From: Bacteroidales bacterium UBA4070
Lineage (GTDB): Bacteria > Bacteroidota > Bacteroidia > Bacteroidales > VadinHA17
Length of the DNA stretch: 64,000 bases
NCBI GenBank assembly: GCA_002383485.1
Contig: DFYY01000012.1
Location: 101,717-165,716, forward strand
Reading direction: 5' to 3'
Positions 46,796-54,471 of this stretch are shown in pieces (position 1 is the first letter of the stretch; every line of letters begins with the position of its first letter). Made by a program: the position numbers and the translations under genes. The notes beneath the pieces are model-generated. The model had not been told where the DNA came from and searched no databases. It saw nothing but the letters and a program-made list of their open reading frames with translations.

Positions 46796-46824
46796 AAAAA
46801 AACCGGCTTGCGCCGGTTTTTTTT
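46796..46824. terminator. bidirectional terminator between convergent genes
   Basis: A7-CCGGC-TTGC-GCCGG-T8. Confidence 0.75.
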
Positions 46825-46842
46825 GCTTTCTGCCGTACAGTA

Positions 46843-47316
46843 TCAAGCCGGAACGCGGATCTCCGGTTCCTGATAATCCTGGTTCAGCTTGAACCGTATC
46901 CGCAGAACGCCTTCATTAAAATCGGCTGAAGTAATTGAAAACGAACCAATTTCGGATGTATTTGAAACATGCTGTCCGATGCACGGACATGCATCAAAAT
47001 TCCCGATTGTGATGATGCGTATCATCTCTCCTGCATCATCAGGCAGTTTGCCTGTATAGTACTTCTCATCAGCCTCCCTCCTGCTGACAATCTCCTCTCC
47101 CACCGGTATGCTTAATTTGATTATCTCATTTACTGTCCTTTCAACTGCCCTTACCTCTTTGTCAGACAGGCCTTTCCTGATGCGGTAGTCGCATTTGCTC
47201 TTTTTGCTTTCAATGTGACTGTTGAATGATCTCCCGCAATGATACATCTTGTCCATCACCGAGTTGAGTATGTGTTCGGCGGTATGCATTGCGCTGTTAT
47301 AATCTTTTCCGGGCAT
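46843..47316 (-). CDS. AlaX-like tRNA editing domain protein (tRNA_SAD)
   Basis: HTAEHIL (HxxxH) and CPCIGQH (CxxxH) zinc motifs. Confidence 0.8.
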   Translation of the reverse strand: MPGKDYNSAMHTAEHILNSVMDKMYHCGRSFNSHIESKKSKCDYRIRKGLSDKEVRAVERTVNEIIKLSIPVGEEIVSRREADEKYYTGKLPDDAGEMIRIITIGNFDACPCIGQHVSNTSEIGSFSITSADFNEGVLRIRFKLNQDYQEPEIRVPA

Positions 47317-47444
47317 GGTGATACTGATATTCCGAATAAAGAAACGTTTGTACGGGGTTTATATTTTACCCTTGATGCAGGTAAATTCCGGCTGAACTGC
47401 AAATGTCATGATTAATGCGTGATTCAGCCCTATGCCCTTTGACT

Positions 47445-47566
47445 GGAGTCATGAGCGCCGTTACCTTTTTCTTGTCCTGACCACCCATTCCTTCTCCGAG
47501 GCACGGGAGTCATGAGTGCCGTTACCTTTTCCTTGTCCTGTCCACCCATTCCTTCTCCGAGGCAAG
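47445..47566. repeat. 61-bp tandem duplication (two units, 57/61 identical) covering the 3' end of 47522..48865
   Basis: Units at 47445-47505 and 47506-47566. The second encodes ...ASEKEWVDRTRKR plus the stop and 16 nt. The first is a downstream copy that would encode ASEKEWVVRTRKR plus a stop. Confidence 0.9.
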
Positions 47567-48865
47567 GTAGCTTAGCATCTGGGACCAGTCGCCTGTCATG
47601 GCCCTGTATTTCTGTGCTTCCCTGTCAAGAGCTTCATCGCATCTGTCGAGAGCCTTTCCTGCTTCGGCCCTGCGTCCAAGCCTCAGCAGTAGCAGTGCTT
47701 CCTGCTTGTATGCTCCGGGAGAAGGCTCCTCCATGGTTCCTGTAACTGAGCGGACTACTGCGAGTGCATTTTCATCTTCCTGATCGGAGCCTGACAGCTT
47801 CATCATAGCCTGTGAGAGAAGCACCAGGTCGTCAGGGGAGACTGCTCCTGACGCGATGTTCCTTTCAAGAAGCCTGCGGCAGAGCAGATACTGCGACTGG
47901 TTGTAGGCGCTGAACGCATTATATGAGATCACCGGCGCAATCATTTTTTCGTATTCACCAGAGAACCAGACAACCGTATCAGGGTAGGAAGCTGCTCTCG
48001 TGGCGGCATCAGGGAAGAATCCGTTTGTGGAGCCGAGGTAATAATTGCCCATCAGTTCCCCGGCTGCAAGAACTTTTCTGAGCATGGAAGCCAGGATGGC
48101 AGGATCAATCCTGTAAAATTTCAGCACAGACACTGCACACAGATCTGCCACCAGCTCCTGTTTGGTGGTATATCTGATAAGATTCCCCAGGGCAGGCTCT
48201 TTCCCAGTAAGCAGCAGGTTGTTGTAGTTGCTCAGGTGATGGTCAAGTGCAAAGTGTGCAACCTCCTGTGCCATCAACGCCATCAGTTCAGCCTCGCTGT
48301 TCACGGCAGTGATCATTCCCGTTGTGATCACCATGGTGCCGTCGGGCCCGACCCATGCATCCGGCACAATATCCGAGAGTATCCTGAGGCTAAGTATTCC
48401 CGGGCGTTTGTCTGAATTCCGGACCGGATAGACCATCCTCAGGAGACCGTAGAGCCTTGCTTCAAGATAGCTGTCAATATAGAATGAATTGTTCTGGTCT
48501 GCCCTGCTGATGAACTCCCTCATCATCTCCTCCATTGCATAGCGAAGGTCATAGCTGTACCCTGATTTCAGCAACCCGTCATATATCTGGGACCCGAGCA
48601 TTTTAACCTGCCAGAGCGATTCAATGTCAGTCGGAACAATATCATACTTCCTGAGTTCAGGATAGAGGATGGTCTCAATTATTCCGGTCACTGAGTCTGG
48701 TGCGGTCTGGACTGCCAGCCGGCCGAGGGGCCGGATAACGCTGTTAATTGTAATCACTTCACCGGTGGTGCGGTTTGTTCCTTTCAGGCTGACAGGTATC
48801 TGGCCGGATGCCTCACCAGAGGCTGACAGAAGCATGATGATCAGCAGGATGGCGGTTTTCTTCAT
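47522..48865 (-). CDS. secreted protein with an M48-like fold region (degenerate QEVAH in place of HExxH) and a C-terminal TPR-like region
   Basis: Signal peptide. ...ELMALMAQEVAHFALDHH... resembles M48 active-site context, but the first His is Gln. Confidence 0.5.
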   Translation of the reverse strand: MKKTAILLIIMLLSASGEASGQIPVSLKGTNRTTGEVITINSVIRPLGRLAVQTAPDSVTGIIETILYPELRKYDIVPTDIESLWQVKMLGSQIYDGLLKSGYSYDLRYAMEEMMREFISRADQNNSFYIDSYLEARLYGLLRMVYPVRNSDKRPGILSLRILSDIVPDAWVGPDGTMVITTGMITAVNSEAELMALMAQEVAHFALDHHLSNYNNLLLTGKEPALGNLIRYTTKQELVADLCAVSVLKFYRIDPAILASMLRKVLAAGELMGNYYLGSTNGFFPDAATRAASYPDTVVWFSGEYEKMIAPVISYNAFSAYNQSQYLLCRRLLERNIASGAVSPDDLVLLSQAMMKLSGSDQEDENALAVVRSVTGTMEEPSPGAYKQEALLLLRLGRRAEAGKALDRCDEALDREAQKYRAMTGDWSQMLSYLASEKEWVDRTRKR

Positions 48866-48974
48866 GGCAGCATCACTTTAAGATTATTGTTTTCAGGACA
48901 TTGGGTAATCAACAAAGATCGTGCTAAACGGCAGTTTCTATGACTGTTTTTTTGACTGGCTATTGCCTTCGGTG

Positions 48975-49799
48975 TCAGAGTTCTTTTGCATCCTCGATAT
49001 CGCGCCCCATGCTCTTTTTCAGCTGGTACAGATCCTGTTTCATGGAGGCGACGGTGCGGAGGAGCTGTTTCTCTGGCAGTACCGGCTCGGGCAGTTCGTC
49101 ACTTATATAATGTACGAACTTCCAAAGTTCTCTCACATCGCTGATATGGACTTCATAGGGTTCATAGAGCGGATTGAGGGAGAATAGCACCAGCCTGCCG
49201 CTTTTTTCTATGTTGTTTTCAACCACCTTGAAGACGATGCCGTCATTTGACGTAAGGATTATATATGCCTGTCCGCTTCTGATGTCATGCCAGTCCTGCA
49301 GAAACTCACCGGTAACCCACGCCTTGTCAGGGATGGGCAGCATTGAATCGCCCTTCAGCTGGAAGGTTCTGTACTTGCGGTTTGATGACAGGAACGGCAG
49401 GTTGAATAGCGGGAGCTCTCCGATGAATTCCGGATCGGCATAACCGGTTGTATAACCTGCCTTGGCCTTCTCGCTGACCAGTTCGATGTTCTCCCGGTTG
49501 TCAGGGGCCACGGTGGTGGCAAGCACCCTCAGGTTGCTCCCTTTTATATATGCATCATATCCCCTTTCGAGCTCCCCCATCTGGCTCCCGGAGAGGCGGG
49601 TCAGGTCAACCTTGAGCATGGTGTCAAGCGATATGTTGTAGTATCCGGAGAAGGCTACCAGGGCCTCTATTCCCGGCTGTGCCACACCGTTCTCATAACC
49701 GCTGAGGGTTGAACGCTTCATCTGCAGGGCCGATGCCACATCATCCTGAGTGCGTCCCCTGCGCTTTCTCAAAAATTTTATGTTCGATGCGAAGTACAT
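48975..49799 (-). CDS. LexA-like repressor: XRE-type HTH fused to an S24 peptidase domain
   Basis: N-terminal HTH (FLRKRRGRTQDDVASALQMKRSTLSGYENG). The C-terminal S24 domain has LKGDSMLP (Ser) and IVFKVV (Lys). It is divergent from dinB-dnaE2. Confidence 0.8.
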   Translation of the reverse strand: MYFASNIKFLRKRRGRTQDDVASALQMKRSTLSGYENGVAQPGIEALVAFSGYYNISLDTMLKVDLTRLSGSQMGELERGYDAYIKGSNLRVLATTVAPDNRENIELVSEKAKAGYTTGYADPEFIGELPLFNLPFLSSNRKYRTFQLKGDSMLPIPDKAWVTGEFLQDWHDIRSGQAYIILTSNDGIVFKVVENNIEKSGRLVLFSLNPLYEPYEVHISDVRELWKFVHYISDELPEPVLPEKQLLRTVASMKQDLYQLKKSMGRDIEDAKEL

Positions 49800-49810
49800 A
49801 TTGAAAAATT

Positions 49811-49852
49811 TGATTATATTGTAATCATAAGTTTGATTAATTTCTAATCAAA
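49811..49852. promoter_or_regulatory. two operator-like palindromes, TGATTA-N5-TAATCA
   Basis: TGATTAtattgTAATCA at 49811-49827 and TTTGATTAatttcTAATCAAA at 49832-49852, with centres 23 bp apart. The second overlaps a minus-strand TAtcTTTG box (49849-49856) upstream of the lexA-like ATG. Confidence 0.55.
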
Positions 49853-49894
49853 GATAAATTAAGTTTTTGAAATAACAAGCAGAAAATGAAAAAA

Positions 49895-49970
49895 AGTCTG
49901 AAAGTCTGAGAGTCAAAAAAATCTAAGACATCAGACCTTCAGACGGAGCGAAGCGACAGACCTTCAGACC
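49895..49970. repeat. low-complexity AGTCTGA / CAGACCTTCAGAC repeats upstream of dinB
   Basis: AGTCTGAAAGTCTGAGAGTC at 49895-49914. CAGACCTTCAGAC occurs twice (49932-49944 and 49957-49969), inverted relative to the first block. Confidence 0.75.
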
Positions 49971-49978
49971 TCTTAACC

Positions 49979-51223
49979 ATGGATTCACGCAGCATATTAC
50001 ATCTTGACCTCGACACCTTTTTCGTGTCGGTGGAGAGGGTTCGTGACAGCCGGCTCAACGGCCGTCCCGTGATCATCGGCGGCAGCTCGGACCGCGGGGT
50101 GGTCTCGAGCTGCAGTTACGAGGCGCGCAGGTTCGGTGTCAGCTCGGCCATGCCGATGAAGATGGCCCGTGCCATGTGTCCCGAGGCAGTTTACATCCGC
50201 GGTGACATGGAGATGTACACGAAGTATTCGAGGATGGTGACTGACATCATCGCCGACAAGGCGCCGCTCTATGAGAAGGCATCGGTGGATGAACACTACA
50301 TTGATCTCACGGGGATGGAACGCTTTCACGGCTGTGCACGATGGGCACATGAACTGCGTGACACGATTATAAATGAGACGGGATTGCCCATCTCGCTGGG
50401 ACTGTCAGTCAACAAGACCGTCTCGAAGATTGCTGCCGGCGAGGCCAAGCCCAATGGTGAGCGGGAGGTGGTGCAGCAGCAGGTCCTCCCCTTCCTTGAT
50501 CCCCTCTCCATCAGGAAGATACCGATGATAGGACAGAAGACCTATCACACGCTGCGTTCGATGGGCATCTCCACGATAAACACCCTGCGGAACATCCCCG
50601 CGGAGATGCTGGAGTCGCTCATGGGCCAGAATGGCATGGAGATATGGAAGAAGGCCAACGGCATTGACAACACGCCGGTAATCAGCTACTCCGAACAGAA
50701 GTCGATCAGCACCGAGCATACCTTTGACCGTGACACAACTGACACGGTGATGCTCAACCAGCTGATAGTGAGCATGACCGAGAAGCTGGCATATGAGCTG
50801 CGGCGCCAGGAGAAGCTGGCATCGTGTCTCACGGTGCGGATAAGATACTCTGATTTTGACACTCACACGCTGCAGCAGCGGATACCCTACACTGCCTTTG
50901 ATCATGTGCTCATCAGCGAAGCGCAGAGTCTCTTCCGGCGTCTCTGGCAGCGGAGGATGCTCATCAGGCTTATCGGGGTGAAGGTGAGCGGCCTGGTGCG
51001 GGGTGTTCAGCAGCTGAACATGTTTGAGGACACGCCTGAGATGGTGAGTCTCTATATGACTATGGACAGCCTGCGTGGCCGTTTCGGACGGTATGCCATC
51101 CGCCGGGCGGCCGGGGTGATGACCGCCGCGGAGCGCAGCGAGCGCGAGCTCAGAAAGGCGTCGGAACTGCTGACGGAGAAGTCACGCATGGAGGAACGGT
51201 TGAGGGGATGGCACTATTATTAG
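49979..51223 (+). CDS. dinB: Y-family DNA polymerase (DinB/Pol IV-like)
   Basis: LHLDLDTFFVSVE and ASVDEHYIDLT keep the catalytic acidic residues. SLGLS.NK..SKIA is also present. Confidence 0.85.
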   Translation: MDSRSILHLDLDTFFVSVERVRDSRLNGRPVIIGGSSDRGVVSSCSYEARRFGVSSAMPMKMARAMCPEAVYIRGDMEMYTKYSRMVTDIIADKAPLYEKASVDEHYIDLTGMERFHGCARWAHELRDTIINETGLPISLGLSVNKTVSKIAAGEAKPNGEREVVQQQVLPFLDPLSIRKIPMIGQKTYHTLRSMGISTINTLRNIPAEMLESLMGQNGMEIWKKANGIDNTPVISYSEQKSISTEHTFDRDTTDTVMLNQLIVSMTEKLAYELRRQEKLASCLTVRIRYSDFDTHTLQQRIPYTAFDHVLISEAQSLFRRLWQRRMLIRLIGVKVSGLVRGVQQLNMFEDTPEMVSLYMTMDSLRGRFGRYAIRRAAGVMTAAERSERELRKASELLTEKSRMEERLRGWHYY

Positions 51224-51229
51224 AAATTT

Positions 51230-51290
51230 GCGATTTTCGATTGGCGATTTTCGATTTTTTCCAATTCGCAATTCGCAATTCGCAATTCGC
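51230..51290. repeat. repeat-only spacer between dinB and dnaE2
   Basis: (GCGATTTTCGATTG)x2 at 51230-51257, then (AATTCGC)x4 at 51263-51290. The two halves are partly complementary. Confidence 0.85.
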
Positions 51291-51302
51291 ACATCTTCAG
51301 AC

Positions 51303-54300
51303 ATGTATATAAACTGTCACTCATATAACAGCCTGCGATACGGCACCCTCACGGTGGAGCACCTTTCTGAGCTCGCTGCAGCTGCGGGCGTGGAGCGACT
51401 GGTGCTGACTGACATCAACAATACTACCGGTGTACCCGATTTTGTGCGAGAGTGCCGCAGCCGCAACATCACCCCGGCCGCCGGGATCGAGTTTCGCGAC
51501 GGCAACAGGCTGCTGTATATCGGCATAGCCCGCAATAACGAGGGTTTCCGGGAGCTTAACGAGTTCCTCACGCATCATAACATCACCGGCGAGCCGCTCC
51601 CTCCCCGTCCTCCCTCCTTGCCCAACGCCTACGTCATCTACCCGGCCGGCGGCGGAATGAGCGGCGGCGCCGCGGTGCGGGAAAACGGTCCCACTGGCTC
51701 ATTCAACGTCAGCGCGGTGCCGCGTGACAGCTGCTCCGGCAGCGGAGCCGCCGGAGCAGCCTCTGCCTCAGGACACCCCCGCATCCCCCCCGCCACAATG
51801 CGGGATAATGAATACCTCGGCATACGCCCCTCCGCCGCCGGCCGCCTCCTAACAGCATCAAAAAAGGATCTGTCGAAATACGTTATCCTCCAGCCTGTTA
51901 CAATGGAATCACCTGCTGACTACCCCATACACCGCAGCCTGCGCGCCGTGGATAACAACCTGCTCCTCAGTCGCCTTACCCCGGAGATGACCGCTCTGCC
52001 CGATGAATACATCACCTCCGAAACTCAGACAGCAAGCCCCTTCAGCATGTGGCCGCAGGTCATCAATAACACGCGCAGGTTGCTGAACGACTGCTCACTG
52101 GAGATAGACTTCACCACCCCGAAAAACAAGAAGATATATTCTGCAAGCAGGTATGATGACAAGCTGCTGCTGGAGAAACTGGCATGGGACGGCATGAAGT
52201 ACCGCTACGGACCAAACAACAGGACGGCACAGGAACGGGTCAGGCACGAACTGGAGATCATTGACCGCCTCGGCTTCTCATCCTATTTTCTCATAACATG
52301 GGACATCATCCGCTACTCGATGGCTTGCGGTTTTTACCACGTGGGACGAGGCAGCGGAGCCAACTCCGTCGTTGCCTACTGCCTGAAGATCACAAATGTT
52401 GACCCCATCGATCTGAACCTTTACTTCGAGCGTTTCATCAACCCGAAAAGGACATCGCCGCCCGATTTCGACATAGACTATTCCTGGAAAGAACGTGATA
52501 CTGTCACGGAGTACATCTTCCGCCGTTACGGCCACCGTCACACAGCTCTCCTGGGTACCATCAACACTTTCCGCGGCAAGTCAATAGTCCGCGAGCTGGG
52601 AAAGGTGCACGGCCTGCCCGTGGAAGAGATTGACGCCCTGATCAGCAGTCCTTCTGCTGAGAGCAACAGAGGTGATATCCAGAATCTTATCTTCGAGACC
52701 GGGAACAGGATTGCCGATTTCCCAAATCTCCGGAGCATCCATGCCGGCGGGGTGCTCATCTCGGAAGAACCGCTCTGCTGTTACACGGCCCTCGACATGC
52801 CGCCAAAGGGATTCCCCACGACGCAGTGGGACATGTATACCGCTGAAGAGCTTGGATATGAGAAGCTTGACATACTAAGCCAGAGGGGCATCGGGCACAT
52901 CAGGGAGAGTGCAGAGATTATCCGCGCCAACTGCGGCGTGGATGTTGACGTGCATGCAATACAGAAGTTCAAGAATGATCCGCTCGTGAAGGATCACCTT
53001 CGTCGCGGCGACGCCAAGGGGTGTTTTTATATTGAGAGTCCCGCCATGCGGGGGCTGCTCAAAAAGCTGCAGTGCGATGATTACCTGACACTTGTGGCTG
53101 CCAGCTCGGTCATTCGTCCGGGGGTGGCACGTTCAGGGATGATGCGGCAGTTCATCTACCGCTTTCATAACCCGGACAAATTCGAATACATCCACCCGGT
53201 GATGAAGGATCTGCTCAGCGAGACCTTCGGGGTGATGGTCTACCAGGAGGATGTGCTTAAGGTATGTCACCACTTCGCAGGCCTTGACCTTTCTGATGCT
53301 GACACGTTGCGCAGGGCAATGAGCGGCAAGTACCGGTCACGCAGGGAGATGCAGAAGATCACCGAACGGTTTTTCAGCAACTGCCTCGACAAAGGTTACC
53401 CTGATGAGATCACGAAGGAGGTGTGGCGTCAGATTGAGTCGTTTGCGGGCTACTCCTTCTCCAAGGCTCACTCTGCCTCCTATGCCGTGGAGAGCTTTCA
53501 GAGCCTCTGGCTCAAGTCGCACTACCCGCTGGAGTTCATGGTGGCGGTGATAAACAACTTCGGGGGATTCTACCGCACATGGGTCTACCTGCAGGAGGCC
53601 CGCCGCGAGGGTGCGGTCATAGAAGCACCCTGCATCAACCGCAGCACATACAAGACCACCATATATGGCGAAACCATATTCATTGGACTGGTTCACATCC
53701 AGGGACTGGAGACAAACCTGGCAAAGGCAATCATTGCTGATCGCGATAAGTATGGTAATTTCAACGGACTGGAAGATTTTATATCACGTATTGGTTCAGG
53801 TATTGAGCAGACGGTGATCCTGATACGTACCGGGGCGTTTCGCTTCACCGGGAAGAGCAAGGCGCTGCTTCTGTGGGAGGCTCACCTGCTTATAAACAGG
53901 GGTAAGACCGAGACTGCCCGCACCCTGTTTAACCCGGAGCCGAAAAAGTTCACAATGCCGCCCTTCGAACAGTCGCGCCTTGAAGATGCCTATGACGAGA
54001 TAGAGTTGCTGGGCTTTCCGGTAACACGGACATGGTTTGACATGCTTCAGACGAAGTACCGGGGCGAGGTCTCCGCCTCCGGGATGCCGGGCGTCCCCGG
54101 CCGCAGTGTGAGGATGGTAGGACACCTGGTTAATGTAAAGTATATCAAGACGATGAAGAATGAATGGATGAACTTCGGATGCTTCATTGACCACGAGGGT
54201 GATTTTTTTGACACGGTCCATTTCCCGCAGTCGCTGGCCGGCTGGCCATTTCGTGGCAGCGGCACATATCTCATCCAGGGCAAGGTGGTTGAAGAGTTCG

Positions 54301-54365
54301 GAAGCTGTTCCGTGGAGGTGGAGAAGATGGCGAAGTTGCCGGTGCAACCTGATCCAAGGTATTGA
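51303..54365 (+). CDS. dnaE2: error-prone DNA polymerase III alpha-type subunit (DnaE2-like)
   Basis: PHP N-domain (HSYNSLRYGT...LTDINN), a pol III alpha core (DFDIDY..., VIRPG, FSKAHSASYA), and a C-terminal OB region. I chose the ATG at 51303. Confidence 0.85.
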   Translation: MYINCHSYNSLRYGTLTVEHLSELAAAAGVERLVLTDINNTTGVPDFVRECRSRNITPAAGIEFRDGNRLLYIGIARNNEGFRELNEFLTHHNITGEPLPPRPPSLPNAYVIYPAGGGMSGGAAVRENGPTGSFNVSAVPRDSCSGSGAAGAASASGHPRIPPATMRDNEYLGIRPSAAGRLLTASKKDLSKYVILQPVTMESPADYPIHRSLRAVDNNLLLSRLTPEMTALPDEYITSETQTASPFSMWPQVINNTRRLLNDCSLEIDFTTPKNKKIYSASRYDDKLLLEKLAWDGMKYRYGPNNRTAQERVRHELEIIDRLGFSSYFLITWDIIRYSMACGFYHVGRGSGANSVVAYCLKITNVDPIDLNLYFERFINPKRTSPPDFDIDYSWKERDTVTEYIFRRYGHRHTALLGTINTFRGKSIVRELGKVHGLPVEEIDALISSPSAESNRGDIQNLIFETGNRIADFPNLRSIHAGGVLISEEPLCCYTALDMPPKGFPTTQWDMYTAEELGYEKLDILSQRGIGHIRESAEIIRANCGVDVDVHAIQKFKNDPLVKDHLRRGDAKGCFYIESPAMRGLLKKLQCDDYLTLVAASSVIRPGVARSGMMRQFIYRFHNPDKFEYIHPVMKDLLSETFGVMVYQEDVLKVCHHFAGLDLSDADTLRRAMSGKYRSRREMQKITERFFSNCLDKGYPDEITKEVWRQIESFAGYSFSKAHSASYAVESFQSLWLKSHYPLEFMVAVINNFGGFYRTWVYLQEARREGAVIEAPCINRSTYKTTIYGETIFIGLVHIQGLETNLAKAIIADRDKYGNFNGLEDFISRIGSGIEQTVILIRTGAFRFTGKSKALLLWEAHLLINRGKTETARTLFNPEPKKFTMPPFEQSRLEDAYDEIELLGFPVTRTWFDMLQTKYRGEVSASGMPGVPGRSVRMVGHLVNVKYIKTMKNEWMNFGCFIDHEGDFFDTVHFPQSLAGWPFRGSGTYLIQGKVVEEFGSCSVEVEKMAKLPVQPDPRY

Positions 54366-54371
54366 AAGTTA

Positions 54372-54414
54372 AAAGTCCGTAAAGTCTGTAAAGTCGAAAG
54401 TCTGAAGGTCAGTC
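54372..54414. repeat. AAAGTC-type low-complexity repeats just after the dnaE2 stop
   Basis: AAAGTCCGTAAAGTCTGTAAAGTCGAAAGTCTGAAGGTCAGTC. It contains GTCTGAAGGTC, the reverse complement of GACCTTCAGAC found upstream of dinB. Confidence 0.75.
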
Positions 54415-54471
54415 TTCAATTATTCAGCTACTATGACTGCCGACTGTGGACCCGCTATTACCTAATGCCCG

